Shown one piece after another: positions 26,676-36,603 of a stretch of DNA of 49,161 bases; within the stretch, counting starts at the first letter, position 1, and every line of letters starts with the position of its first letter. The notes under the pieces are model-generated. The model ran no database searches. It saw only the letters and a list, made by a program, of their open reading frames with translations, and was not told the origin of the DNA. Location: positions 1 to 49,161 of the IMG/VR virus record IMGVR_UViG_3300032103_000318; one strand, 5' to 3'. Both the position numbers and the translations under genes were made by a program. The stretch is from a virus (lineage: Duplodnaviria; Caudoviricetes).

Positions 26676-27422
26676 ATGGCGGCTGGACAAGGCAATATTG
26701 TAACAGGCTTTATCGAAGGTCTGGTTAAGACTACGGGCACTGAAGTAATCATGCTGCCCTTTGGAGACAAGGTTGGGGGAGCGACTTTCCGGTATACTAC
26801 TGAGAACCAGATGGTTGAGACATTTTCTCAGCAGGGTATCAAAGGCATTTCGGGTAGCTGCCCATTCAGAGAAGGCTGCTCGATTGAGTTAACGTCTGAA
26901 AACTTGGCGTGGGCGTTTCTGCAAGCGGCCACCAATACTTTAGCCGAAGATTCCGCGGCGTTACGGGATCGCTCCATCAGCGTTGTTCTGTCTACCACAG
27001 ATGCTGGCCCTCCGGTTGTATCCACTTACGTCCTGACTGGAGTTGCGGTATCTACTACGGGCGATATCTATGCAGCTGACGAAGACGGAGTTCAGTACGA
27101 TGTGACCGCTACCGTTGCGGCTGGTGATACCACGTTTGAGTTCGACGCTAATTTGACAGGCCGGAAAGTCACCATCTTCTATCAACTTCCTGCGGCTGGT
27201 GACAATAACGTGATTGCGTTAGGTTCCGGTCAAAAACTGGGTGAGATTGGGGTGTACGGCCGGTTCTTTGGTTGCCCTGAAAACTACCAAATCACGATCC
27301 CTCGTGGTATTATCCAAGCCAACCTAGAGATGGGCGTCGGTGAAAATCCGGGTTCCGCCGCTCTAACCGTGATGGCAATCCGCAATAACAACGGGGATTT
27401 CGCCCTGATTGAACGGATCTAA
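26676..27422 (+). CDS. Major tail (tube) protein
   Basis: 248-aa beta-rich protein with its own late motif, followed by a chaperone-like ORF. Confidence 0.65.
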   Translation: MAAGQGNIVTGFIEGLVKTTGTEVIMLPFGDKVGGATFRYTTENQMVETFSQQGIKGISGSCPFREGCSIELTSENLAWAFLQAATNTLAEDSAALRDRSISVVLSTTDAGPPVVSTYVLTGVAVSTTGDIYAADEDGVQYDVTATVAAGDTTFEFDANLTGRKVTIFYQLPAAGDNNVIALGSGQKLGEIGVYGRFFGCPENYQITIPRGIIQANLEMGVGENPGSAALTVMAIRNNNGDFALIERI

Positions 27423-27487
27423 TGTGCTAAAATAGAGGTGTTCTCTCTGTTCTTAGGGGGGCTATCATAGCGGTAGCCCTTTTATTT

Positions 27488-28117
27488 ATGAGTCATTTCG
27501 AGTTTGAGTCAACCTTAGGGATTAGCGCGTCCAACGGTGCCATGCTCATCAAAAGCCCCACCGGATCCCTCCAGATAATCCGAGAGCTTACCCTCTCCAA
27601 ATTGCTGGAAGTCTATCCTAAATGGCAGCTTTTGGTCAGGCAACTATCCGCAGAGCTTCCCTCACTCTACCTGAACCAACCCAAACTCCGGCAATCCCTA
27701 GACGATCTGATGGAAGATTTTGGTCTTAATTCCAGGGATCTAACCTTTAATCAAATCGAGGCGCTGCTCTTTTATTGGGAGAAGGAACCCGCTTTACTTT
27801 GGCAGTTTCATAACGTATTTCCTCGGACGCTAGATCTACCGACAGACGAAGAAATGGTAGAGGATGCTGAGTTTATCCAGCTAGACATTTTTGAAACTGC
27901 CCTGTTGTACCTTGCTCAGGAAGGTAAAGAGCAGTTAATGCATGAATGGCCCTTGTCTCGGATCATGAAAATATTCCTGAGCAAATCGTTTATCAGTTGG
28001 CTAGGGAATCCCGATAACAAGCAAAAGATTTTAGAAAGACAACACTTAAAATACGTTGAGGATAATCCTATTGATACCGATAAGTTGGCTGAAAAAATTA
28101 GGGAGATGATGAGTTGA
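27488..28117 (+). CDS. Putative tail assembly chaperone
   Basis: Helical acidic protein after the tail tube; position-based call. Confidence 0.45.
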   Translation: MSHFEFESTLGISASNGAMLIKSPTGSLQIIRELTLSKLLEVYPKWQLLVRQLSAELPSLYLNQPKLRQSLDDLMEDFGLNSRDLTFNQIEALLFYWEKEPALLWQFHNVFPRTLDLPTDEEMVEDAEFIQLDIFETALLYLAQEGKEQLMHEWPLSRIMKIFLSKSFISWLGNPDNKQKILERQHLKYVEDNPIDTDKLAEKIREMMS

Positions 28118-28133
28118 TACCTGACCAAAAACC

Positions 28134-28385
28134 GTGACCATAGGTATGGTAGAAACACAGGCGCTACTAAATCGGCTTAAACAGCGGGTGCTGGATAAGC
28201 TTTATGAGGAACCCTATCAAAGAGAGGATGGGGAATGGGTTGATCCGCTTCCCGCTAAGGATTTGGCCTTAATTGGTGGGCTCATCCTCAAGATGCACAA
28301 GTTAGAACAGGATCAGGCTAAGGCGGAAGGGCAAGGTAAGACCATTGCAACTATCCCAGCCTTTCCTCAAATTAGGGAGGGTTAG
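28134..28385 (+). CDS. Putative terminase small subunit
   Basis: Small helical ORF immediately upstream of the large subunit. Confidence 0.45.
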   Translation: MTIGMVETQALLNRLKQRVLDKLYEEPYQREDGEWVDPLPAKDLALIGGLILKMHKLEQDQAKAEGQGKTIATIPAFPQIREG

Positions 28386-28387
28386 CG

Positions 28388-29827
28388 GTGAAATACGAAT
28401 CCGAGATAGGTAAAGGATTTAATAGGTGGTCAGAGGGTCAATACACGGAAGGCCAGGAAAAAGCCCTATCCAATTTCAGCGATTTATTTATCCTGAATAG
28501 CGGGTCTTATCGATCGGGTAAGACCGAAATTTTGTGCCGGGCTGGAATCCGACACATCCTAACGTTTCAGGGAGCTAAGCTAGGGGTATTCAGAGCACAT
28601 CTAGCTAGCCTTAAAAAATCTACGCTCTTGACATTTCTTCAGCTTATCCATCCATCCTGGGTCAAGTCCTGGTCTAACACTGACTTGGTGATGGAGCTAA
28701 TTAATGGCTCAAAGGTCAGTTTTATTGGGGCTGATTTCCCGGATCGCTTGGGCTCAATCGAACTAACCATGGCGTTGATCGATGAAGCCGCAGAAGTTTC
28801 GGAAGAGGCCATCACCATGATCCAAGGGCGGCTATCGGGGCACCTAGAACGACCTACCAACTACGGCGGGCTTCCCTCTAACCTACGAGAGTACGTAGAT
28901 GCTACTTTGGGAATCCGCCAGACATGGTTAGCCTGTAACCCTAAATCCTCTAATCATCCGCTCTATAAGACCTACATCAAGGATCAGAAGCCCGGACACA
29001 AAATCTATAGCTCTAACAGCCTAGCCAATGTCAACCTGCCGGAGAATTACCTAGTCCAGAATTTAGCGGCCTATGTCCGAGATGGTTTTGATATTGCCTG
29101 GGTAAGGGATCAAGTTAGGGCCATCAGATCAGGGGAAGCTCCCGCGGACGGCCTACACCTCAAAGACTATCTTAATCCTTTGGGTCAACGGAACCTCCTA
29201 GGGCTGTGGGTCGCTTTGGAGGGAGCGGTCTATAATTTAGATGAAGCCCGGCATCTATTGGGCAAGGTTCCAGAGGGTTGGCTGGACTCAGGGAAATGTT
29301 TTGCAGGGGTGGATTTCGGCTTCCATAACCCCAGGGTGATCGTGGCTAAACGGTATCAAGCGCCCTCAGAATTAGGCTTCAAAACGGCCTATGCTGCTGT
29401 GGATTACTGGCGGGGTAAAGAGGCAACCGGCGAAGATCTGCTGAATGCCCTCAGAGCGTTGGTAGATCGCTGGGCTATTGAAACCCTTGTTCTGCCCCAT
29501 GACAGACCCGACTTATTTAAGCTGGCTCGCAATGAATTTGGCTCTAATTCCCTGAGAAAAGCTAAGACCAACGTACTATCCGGGATCCTTACTACCTCTG
29601 AGTTTATAAACAGCGGTCGCCTAATCTTTCTCAAGACTACGGATGACCCGGAAGCCCCTAATAACCATGCTCTGGCCTGGGAAGAGATGACGGGGTATGA
29701 ATGGGGCAAAGACAAAAATGGAAACTACCAGGATGAGCCCGTGAAAAAGAATGACCACTACCCCGATGCCCTGCGGTACCTGGTGCACACGCTCGAAAAT
29801 AGGCGAAGAGGGTTGGCAGATGAATAA
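28388..29827 (+). CDS. terL: Terminase large subunit
   Basis: GSYRSGKT, LIDEAAE, ACNP, GVDFGFHNP, NDHYPDALRY. Confidence 0.93.
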   Translation: MKYESEIGKGFNRWSEGQYTEGQEKALSNFSDLFILNSGSYRSGKTEILCRAGIRHILTFQGAKLGVFRAHLASLKKSTLLTFLQLIHPSWVKSWSNTDLVMELINGSKVSFIGADFPDRLGSIELTMALIDEAAEVSEEAITMIQGRLSGHLERPTNYGGLPSNLREYVDATLGIRQTWLACNPKSSNHPLYKTYIKDQKPGHKIYSSNSLANVNLPENYLVQNLAAYVRDGFDIAWVRDQVRAIRSGEAPADGLHLKDYLNPLGQRNLLGLWVALEGAVYNLDEARHLLGKVPEGWLDSGKCFAGVDFGFHNPRVIVAKRYQAPSELGFKTAYAAVDYWRGKEATGEDLLNALRALVDRWAIETLVLPHDRPDLFKLARNEFGSNSLRKAKTNVLSGILTTSEFINSGRLIFLKTTDDPEAPNNHALAWEEMTGYEWGKDKNGNYQDEPVKKNDHYPDALRYLVHTLENRRRGLADE

Positions 29828-29868
29828 TAAAGATGTTATTATCTTAGGGTACCGATTGAGGAAATCCC

Positions 29869-29994
29869 ATGATCGTGGAAATTGGTCAGAAAACCGCACT
29901 GTACGCCCTAGTTATCACTGTGACAGGAATCTGGTTGTTTACTATCGCCAACCTGTATTGCCTACTGGTGGCCCTCTCTGACGCCATCAAGTAA
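29869..29994 (+). CDS. Small single-TM peptide (41 aa)
   Basis: RBS GAGG; MIVEIGQKTALYALVITVTGIWLFTIANLYCLLVALSDAIK. Confidence 0.45.
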   Translation: MIVEIGQKTALYALVITVTGIWLFTIANLYCLLVALSDAIK

Positions 29995-30056
29995 GTTCAG
30001 GGGAGGGTGTCCCTAGCCCTCCCCTCTATCCTTTTGACATTTAGAGGTAACCCAAA

Positions 30057-30251
30057 ATGGATAACTTGTCTATCCCCAAGCAGTTAGAGCTTGAAAACCT
30101 TAGGCGGCAACTGCCCCAGATGAGCCGAGAGCAGCTAGAGGATTTTTGCAGCTATTTGATGGAGTCCTACCTGATTTCTCAGCAACTGCGGGAAGACTTG
30201 GTGAGGGAGAAGCCGGGTTGGTTTGGTTTTCTGGGGGGTATTGACGGCTAG
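30057..30251 (+). CDS. nblA: Phycobilisome degradation protein NblA-like
   Basis: LSIPKQLELENLRRQLPQMSREQLEDF..YL matches the NblA pattern LS-x2-QQ(F/L)...MSREQ. Confidence 0.8.
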   Translation: MDNLSIPKQLELENLRRQLPQMSREQLEDFCSYLMESYLISQQLREDLVREKPGWFGFLGGIDG

Positions 30252-30297
30252 GCAAAATCTGCTATACTGTTTTTAGTTGTTAGAGGAACCTTCCACC

Positions 30298-30456
30298 ATG
30301 TTTTTAGAAATGTTACCGTTCGCTGTTCTGATTAACGAATCCTTAGAGGTGATCGGGGAAGACTGGAAAGCTTACTGGAAGCAAGTCAGTCGCCCAACCC
30401 TTGAAACAGAAGATACCTCTGATTGGGCTTTCCAATCGTTGTTGACCCAGCTATGA
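30298..30456 (+). CDS. Small hypothetical protein (52 aa) with its own sigma70 promoter
   Basis: TTGACG-N16-TATACT at 30241-30268, RBS GAGG, downstream terminator. Confidence 0.6.
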   Translation: MFLEMLPFAVLINESLEVIGEDWKAYWKQVSRPTLETEDTSDWAFQSLLTQL

Positions 30457-30473
30457 CCAGAAAGGAGATGTTT

Positions 30474-30510
30474 AAGCCCGGTAGCTCTTAGAAGTCACCG
30501 GGCTTTTTAT
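30474..30510 (+). terminator. Intrinsic terminator
   Basis: AAGCCCGGT pairs with ACCGGGCTT, followed by a T tract. Confidence 0.7.
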
Positions 30511-30517
30511 TGGGAAG

Positions 30518-30527
30518 ATACCTAGCC
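30518..30527 (+). promoter_or_regulatory. Putative late promoter motif ATACCTAGCC
   Basis: Just after a terminator, upstream of the tape measure gene. Confidence 0.7.
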
Positions 30528-30564
30528 TAACCCTTGCACCATAAGCAATGTGAGAGGTACGGCT

Positions 30565-33500
30565 GTGGCTAAATCGGTATACCAGATTCTTCTAGAGATT
30601 GAGGGAGCTAAGCAAGTCCAAGGCGCGCTCAATGAAATTGGAACCCAACTCGGCTTGAGCGGTGCTGCATTAACGGCTTTTTCTGTGGGAGCGGCTAAAA
30701 TGGCCGCCGATTATGAACAAGCTCTGGCCATGGTAGCCACAGTCTCTGATGAATCAACGGGATCTACAGAGGAGTTTTCTCAGGCACTTCGGCAACTCCA
30801 GCAGGATACCGATGGCGCGATCGATATCCAGCAAGCGGCGGTGACCTCATACAATCTGTTAAGTAGTGGCATCAAAGATCAGACCGATTTGATGGCAGCA
30901 CTAGAGCTAGCCCAAAAAGCGGCGATCGCGGGTCAATCAGACATTAACACGGTATCCAAAGCGGCGACCTCTATCATCAACTCTTATGGGGATGCGTTGG
31001 GGGAAGGGCTGACCCAGGCGGAAAAATTCGAGAAAGTGATTGATCAGATGGTGGTCACCCAAAACGAGGGGGAGATCGTAATTGACCAGTATGCCAGTTC
31101 TATTGGGGCAGTAGCCGCTAGCTTCAAACTGGCAGGGCTTAGCATCGAAGAAGTCAACGCGCTTATCTCAATCACCACCGTCAAGGGGATTCCAGCAGCG
31201 TCAGCGTTTACCAACCTAGCTCAGGCCATCAGTAACATTCAGCAACCGACTGCCGCTGCCACACAGGAAGCCACCAGATTAGGGATAGCGTTCGATGCCG
31301 CCCGACTTCAGCAGGTTGGCCTAGTGGGGATTGCCAAAGATATCGCCGGGTCTTCTAATCTAGCCGCAGACTCCCTGGCCAAACTATTTGGGTCGGTAGA
31401 GGCCCGTAACTCTATCTCGGTATTGGTGGATAGTGCTGGGGAGCTTGATAGTGCTATCCAAAAGCAAGTCCAAAGCGTAGGGGAGCTAGACTCGGCCTAC
31501 AGTAAGGTTTCGACGACCCAACTTCAAGAAATCAACCGTACCCTGAACCTTTTGAGGACTAGCTTCATTGATTTAGGTAATGGGGCTTTGGTGGCGTTTG
31601 GCCCAGTTATCGAGATGGTCAGCCGATTCGCCGCTACCCTAGCTCAACTAGACCCAAAAATCCTACAGGTTATCGGAGGTTTGACGGCAATCACTGGGGT
31701 AACTCTGACACTAGCGGGAGGTACTGCCCTTCTCATCACTAGCCTGACCACTATTGTAGGAGCGTTTTCTACCCTGGCTGGTTTCTTAGGGTCAGCCGTG
31801 GTTGCCATGAAGGCGTATGGGGTAGCCACGTTAATGACCACAGGAGGAATATCCGGTCAAGCTCTGGCCCTGCTGGCTTCTCAAAAAGCATTCCAAGTAT
31901 TGAGCGTGGCCATTGCGGGGGCTACCAAATCTCTGCTGGCTATGGCACCCACGTTTGGACTAGTCGCTCTGGCAGGGGCTTCAGTTGGGCTAGCTGTGAG
32001 TACCTTCCAAGCGATCACGGGGGAAGCCAGAAAAACCAGGGAGTCCGCCCGTGACCTCGATAAAGCCCTCCGAGATATCACAAAAACCACCTCGGAAGGG
32101 TCTTTGGAAGATTTCTTTGGGGATGAGGTTTCCCAGAATATTGAGCAAATCACGGCGGAGTTAGGGCCATTAGTTGGGCTCTTGAATAGCGCCCTTGAGT
32201 TGCTGGGATTGCCGAGTGTCAGCGATGCCAAAGCCAACCAGACTACGCGGGCCTTCCATGACTTAGCGGATAGTGCCTCAGCAGTTTCTCTTGAAGCCTC
32301 TAAAATGGCTAACCAACTCGATAAAGGGTTGACCGTTGACCCTGCTAAGCTGGAGCAGATGAACGAGGTTATTGATCGGTCGATCGCCGCTCTTAAGGAA
32401 CAGAAACCCACCCTTCAAGCCGACATCGCGTTACGAGATGGGCTTATTGCCAAACTGGAGAAAAATAAAGCGGCTCTTAACGAAACCAACAAAGCCACTG
32501 AGGAGTCCACGGCGGTCACCCAGGAATCCAATCAGGCGGTAGCAGATAATGCCCAGTCGGTCGAAGATGCCGCCAAAGCTTATGATGAGTACGCGAATCG
32601 GATTAGGGAATCGGTGAGCCAAATTGAGGCAGCGGCTCAAAACCAAAAAGATGCCTTAGTGGGCAGCCAATCCCAAATTGCTAAAGAATCTCTGGCTATC
32701 CAAGAACAAGCGGTAGCAGACCAAATCGCCCTGCTCGAAAACCTGAAAAACCAATCAGGTACCTCATCAGAAGAGCGGATTAACCTAGAAATTGAGATCC
32801 AACAAAAGCAGCTAGCCCTCAATAAAGAACGGCTAGAAACTCAAAAGGAGCTAGAGGATCAGTATAATCAATTTCTGAAAGATAGTAATGAGCTAAAGTT
32901 AGTTGAATTGGAGACTAGGGCGGCACGGGAAAACCTGACTATTTCTGACACGTATGAGGAGAGGAAACGGTTAATACAGGAAGCCGCTCAGATTGAAATT
33001 GATGCTATTAACCAGAGGATTGAGGCCGCCGTAGATGGGTCAGGGGAAGAAAAAGCCCTGGTTCTAGAGCGCGCCCAAGTAGCTAGGGATGCGGCTGTCC
33101 AGATTCGTGACCTAGATAAAGAACTAGCGGATGAAAAATTAAGGCAGATTGAGGAAATTAAGGCTAAAGAAAAAGAAGCTATCGATCAAAGGCTAGATGA
33201 TATTGCTCTGGTGATGGAGCGGGAAAAGGCTGCTCTTGACCAGAGACTTCAAGGTCTTCAGATCTATAATGATTCCCTGGGGATTGCCCAAGATTATATG
33301 AGCGGTACAGAGGGAATTCTAAATCGAATTAATGGGGTGTTAAATGATGGGAATGCTACCCTTGGCCAACGAAATGCCATGCTGGGGATTGCCTCAGAAA
33401 TTATTAGCACCAATGTCGGCCAACAAATTAACCTAAACAATACCGCAGAGGCCCAGAATGCCATCCAGCAAGAGCTTAGTATGCTGGAGCTAACTAAACT

Positions 33501-34197
33501 GCAATATAAGATGGAGCAGTTGGAAATTGAGCGGGAACAGCTTGTGGTGGCTAATGAGCTTAAGCAACTTGAAATCCAAGGCCAACGGGAAGGTATCCAA
33601 GCTAAGTTAAAGAGTTCGGATTTGTCAGAGAATGAGCGTACCCGGCTAACTCAGCAGGATGAAGCTTTAGGTCGGCAGGCAGATATTGAAAATCGTAAGA
33701 CCGAAGTCCAATCCCGGGGAATTGATAATCAGCGGAGATTGGCTGAGCTAGAAACGATGATCGCAGAGGCCATACTGAATAATCGGAAAGGTCGAACTGC
33801 TAATGAGGCCGTGGAAAGCGGGGACAGATCTAATCTGCTTAACAATGAAGAGCTAAAGAGGATAGCAGAGGCTGAACAGAAGGCAGCAGAGGATAGGGCC
33901 AAAGAAGCGGAAAGATCTCGGCGGAGAACGGAAAATTCCGACCGACAAGTTCAATCTGACCAGCAAATGGTGAGCCTATCTCAGGAACAGCTAGGGGCTA
34001 TGGAAAGGCAAACCTCAGCCCAGCAAGACGTAGCCCGCAATATCTCTAACCTGGCCCAAATCAACCGAGACATTAGAGACAACTCTCGAAATATTCTAGG
34101 GGTGGTACAGGGAATAAACCGACAACTTACCGCATTGCCGGGCAATATCGTAAGGTTACTTCCCAGACCTGCCCCTGTTTCTTCGACCCGACGCTAG
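30565..34197 (+). CDS. Tail tape measure protein (TP901-like core)
   Basis: About 1210 aa, Ala-rich core, hydrophobic central segments, long coiled coil; GTG 30565 after GAGAGG. Confidence 0.9.
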   Translation: MAKSVYQILLEIEGAKQVQGALNEIGTQLGLSGAALTAFSVGAAKMAADYEQALAMVATVSDESTGSTEEFSQALRQLQQDTDGAIDIQQAAVTSYNLLSSGIKDQTDLMAALELAQKAAIAGQSDINTVSKAATSIINSYGDALGEGLTQAEKFEKVIDQMVVTQNEGEIVIDQYASSIGAVAASFKLAGLSIEEVNALISITTVKGIPAASAFTNLAQAISNIQQPTAAATQEATRLGIAFDAARLQQVGLVGIAKDIAGSSNLAADSLAKLFGSVEARNSISVLVDSAGELDSAIQKQVQSVGELDSAYSKVSTTQLQEINRTLNLLRTSFIDLGNGALVAFGPVIEMVSRFAATLAQLDPKILQVIGGLTAITGVTLTLAGGTALLITSLTTIVGAFSTLAGFLGSAVVAMKAYGVATLMTTGGISGQALALLASQKAFQVLSVAIAGATKSLLAMAPTFGLVALAGASVGLAVSTFQAITGEARKTRESARDLDKALRDITKTTSEGSLEDFFGDEVSQNIEQITAELGPLVGLLNSALELLGLPSVSDAKANQTTRAFHDLADSASAVSLEASKMANQLDKGLTVDPAKLEQMNEVIDRSIAALKEQKPTLQADIALRDGLIAKLEKNKAALNETNKATEESTAVTQESNQAVADNAQSVEDAAKAYDEYANRIRESVSQIEAAAQNQKDALVGSQSQIAKESLAIQEQAVADQIALLENLKNQSGTSSEERINLEIEIQQKQLALNKERLETQKELEDQYNQFLKDSNELKLVELETRAARENLTISDTYEERKRLIQEAAQIEIDAINQRIEAAVDGSGEEKALVLERAQVARDAAVQIRDLDKELADEKLRQIEEIKAKEKEAIDQRLDDIALVMEREKAALDQRLQGLQIYNDSLGIAQDYMSGTEGILNRINGVLNDGNATLGQRNAMLGIASEIISTNVGQQINLNNTAEAQNAIQQELSMLELTKLQYKMEQLEIEREQLVVANELKQLEIQGQREGIQAKLKSSDLSENERTRLTQQDEALGRQADIENRKTEVQSRGIDNQRRLAELETMIAEAILNNRKGRTANEAVESGDRSNLLNNEELKRIAEAEQKAAEDRAKEAERSRRRTENSDRQVQSDQQMVSLSQEQLGAMERQTSAQQDVARNISNLAQINRDIRDNSRNILGVVQGINRQLTALPGNIVRLLPRPAPVSSTRR

Positions 34198-34604
34198 CCC
34201 CCAAAGAAATAGTCGAAATAGTCGCCTTCCGGGGTCAGAGCTTCAGGATTCTTAAGGGTTTCAGGGGTTTCGGAGTTCTTAGGGGCTTTGGGGGTTTTTC
34301 TGACGGTTACCGCGTAGCTCTCTTCCCAAGTACCCTGATTGGACTCTTGGGCTATTTTGGCTAACTCTTGGATTTCCCGCTTCAGCTTTGCGATCCTCAT
34401 TCCAATAGGACTCAGGGGATCCACTTTGAAGACCCTGCGACTTGAGATAGTTATTACTTCTGAGTTTCCAAAATTCTGGATAAGGTTGGGCTTAATTTTC
34501 TTTTTGCCCTCCTCTGCCAGCTTACTCAACTCATCAAGCAGGACATACCGATCTAGATCTGACGGCAGATCATTTATAGCGTCAAACAATTCTTGAGTTT
34601 GCAT
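34194..34604 (-). CDS. Hypothetical protein, antisense moron
   Basis: ATG with AAGGA RBS and TACAAT upstream on the minus strand. Confidence 0.7.
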   Translation of the reverse strand: MQTQELFDAINDLPSDLDRYVLLDELSKLAEEGKKKIKPNLIQNFGNSEVITISSRRVFKVDPLSPIGMRIAKLKREIQELAKIAQESNQGTWEESYAVTVRKTPKAPKNSETPETLKNPEALTPEGDYFDYFFGG

Positions 34605-34627
34605 ACGTTCCTTTGGTGTCTATTGGA

Positions 34628-34637
34628 TTACCTAGCC
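34628..34637 (+). promoter_or_regulatory. Putative late promoter motif TTACCTAGCC
   Basis: Intergenic, upstream of the capsid gene. Confidence 0.7.
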
Positions 34638-34677
34638 TTAATTGTAGCGCAAAGGCAACGATAGAAGGACTTTAACC

Positions 34678-35739
34678 ATGTCTCAGAATTTTGCCCGGAT
34701 TCAGAACATTCTGAATACCACGTTCCAGGAACCGCTGGCTGATTTGATTAATCGGTCTAACCCGGTTCTAGCTGCCCTACAGAAAAAAGCGGTGGCTTCT
34801 CAAGCGATTTACCTCAAAGCCCGGTCTGCTTCCGATCACGAAGCTGGGCCTATTGCTGACGGTTCGACCGTAACCTTCACTAACCCCGGCACCGATTACA
34901 TTAACCCGACGTTGCCCTGGGCCACCTACATTTCAAAATTTAGCGTACCTAAGCGGGCTATGGCACAGGCCGCTGCTAATCCTGGTGAGATTGGTATGCT
35001 GCTCATGTCCGAGATTATGGAAGCGGGTAAGGATCTGTCTAGCCGGATCGCCGCTGACGTATTTGCAGGTTCCGTCTCTAATGGTCTAGTGGGGCTTCAG
35101 ACCATTGTTGATTCCACGGGCACTTATGCCGGGATCAACCGGGCTACCGCGGCTAACGCTAACTGGCGCTCAGTGGTTATCGATCACCTTGATACCACTC
35201 CTCAAGAGCTATCCACCAACGTTCTGTATCGCTTAGACCAGCTTTATTTCCAAGCAAATGGTTATGGCTGGAATGAGCAACCTGGCCTGTTCACCGGGGT
35301 AACCTCGGCGGATATTCTGACCAAGTACAAAGCGCTGATGGAAGACATTGATTTGTCTGCTCTGTCTTCGGCTCACTTTGTTAACCAGGCTAACACGGCA
35401 GGTTCTCTGGGTATCTCAGCCACAGGGTTTATGGGTGTTCCTTTCTTGCGGGATCGTAACGTGGTTGCGGCTACGGCTGATGCAGCTAACTCCGGTCGGC
35501 TCTATTTTCTCGATATGTCCAAAATCCACTTGTGCGTACTCAATCCTGGCCCTGGTGCTGAGGTTCATCAGACTCTGGGTTATGAAACTGCACCCGAAGT
35601 GGATGGTATCCGGGCTGAAATCGAGATCCTGGGCAATCAGGGTGAATTTGTAGCCGGCTACGTCAAAACCTACGTGCAGTTAGCTACTCCTAATCCCAAG
35701 GCGGCTGGGGCTGTTATCAAGAATATCCTAGCCATCTAA
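34678..35739 (+). CDS. Major capsid protein (HK97 fold)
   Basis: 353 aa; GLQTIVD..GTYAGINR....NWR, FMGVPFLRD, LYFLD; own late motif and downstream hairpin. Confidence 0.85.
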   Translation: MSQNFARIQNILNTTFQEPLADLINRSNPVLAALQKKAVASQAIYLKARSASDHEAGPIADGSTVTFTNPGTDYINPTLPWATYISKFSVPKRAMAQAAANPGEIGMLLMSEIMEAGKDLSSRIAADVFAGSVSNGLVGLQTIVDSTGTYAGINRATAANANWRSVVIDHLDTTPQELSTNVLYRLDQLYFQANGYGWNEQPGLFTGVTSADILTKYKALMEDIDLSALSSAHFVNQANTAGSLGISATGFMGVPFLRDRNVVAATADAANSGRLYFLDMSKIHLCVLNPGPGAEVHQTLGYETAPEVDGIRAEIEILGNQGEFVAGYVKTYVQLATPNPKAAGAVIKNILAI

Positions 35740-35745
35740 TCTAGG

Positions 35746-35793
35746 TTGGGGGATATCTGGGTCACCTTTTCTTGGCCCTAGATATCCCCCCAA
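35746..35793 (+). terminator. Strong hairpin after the capsid gene (terminator or RNA stabiliser)
   Basis: GGGGGATATCT pairs with AGATATCCCCC; no clean U tract. Confidence 0.55.
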
Positions 35794-35836
35794 TCTGGAT
35801 TTAGAGGAACCCTCATTAATTTTGGAAGGTGACGAT

Positions 35837-36112
35837 ATGGCTGTTCAACGTGAATCGTTTGGCGGAGGTGGCCCAGTATTTATTACGACTGTGGCCGTAG
35901 AAGGTCGGTTTATTGCGTTGTCTGCCATTAACGAGGCAATGACAATTCAGGAGATCCGACTACGCCCTAAAAACTCTCAAATTCCGGGGGTAGTTAATAC
36001 CAACCTGGCTGGGGCAATTATTGCGAGAGGATGTGATCTGAGTTTTGGCTCAGAACTAGAGGCAACCTACATCCGGTTGTCAGCGGGTTCGGGTATTGCT
36101 TACAAGGCTTGA
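35837..36112 (+). CDS. Small beta-rich virion protein, possible head decoration or spike base
   Basis: Follows the capsid gene; ends IRLSAGSGIAY. Confidence 0.5.
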   Translation: MAVQRESFGGGGPVFITTVAVEGRFIALSAINEAMTIQEIRLRPKNSQIPGVVNTNLAGAIIARGCDLSFGSELEATYIRLSAGSGIAYKA

Positions 36113-36127
36113 TAAAAAGGTAACGGT

Positions 36128-36583
36128 ATGACAACTACAAATCGATGGAAATTTAGACAGGCCCAAAGTCTGTATGGGGGCACAGCTTTACCCACCCAAT
36201 TCCATATTGCCCTGGGCACCAACGTCACCCCTCCGACTGTAGATTCCAACACTATGTCGGATGTCTCAGAGATTGCGGCGGGTAACGGGTATACGTCTGG
36301 CGGTCAAGTCCTAACCAGAGATTCAACCGGTTTTCCGACCATCTCTGAGGATGATGTCAACAACTGGGCAAGGGCTGTAATCCGGGTTTTCTCCTTTACA
36401 GCGTCTGGTGGAACCCTTCCTGCTTCCGGTGGGGCTATCAACTGGGTACTCATTACTGGCCCTGGTGCAGTAGTTGCTGATCGAGAAATCTACCATTTCT
36501 TCCAGACTGCTGCCCCAGTTTCGCTAGCATCAGGCCAAACCTGGGAAGTTACTGGAGCAGAAATCCGCATCACCGATCCTTAA
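36128..36583 (+). CDS. Virion structural protein
   Basis: SEIAAGNGYTSGGQVL and FTASGG pattern common in phage structural proteins. Confidence 0.6.
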   Translation: MTTTNRWKFRQAQSLYGGTALPTQFHIALGTNVTPPTVDSNTMSDVSEIAAGNGYTSGGQVLTRDSTGFPTISEDDVNNWARAVIRVFSFTASGGTLPASGGAINWVLITGPGAVVADREIYHFFQTAAPVSLASGQTWEVTGAEIRITDP

Positions 36584-36603
36584 CCCCAAAGAGGCATTCT
36601 ACC

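Noticed and set aside
31644-32822. Antisense ORFs within the tape measure gene, and similar nested ORFs elsewhere in the track
   Set aside because: They are shadows of well-supported genes with no motif support.
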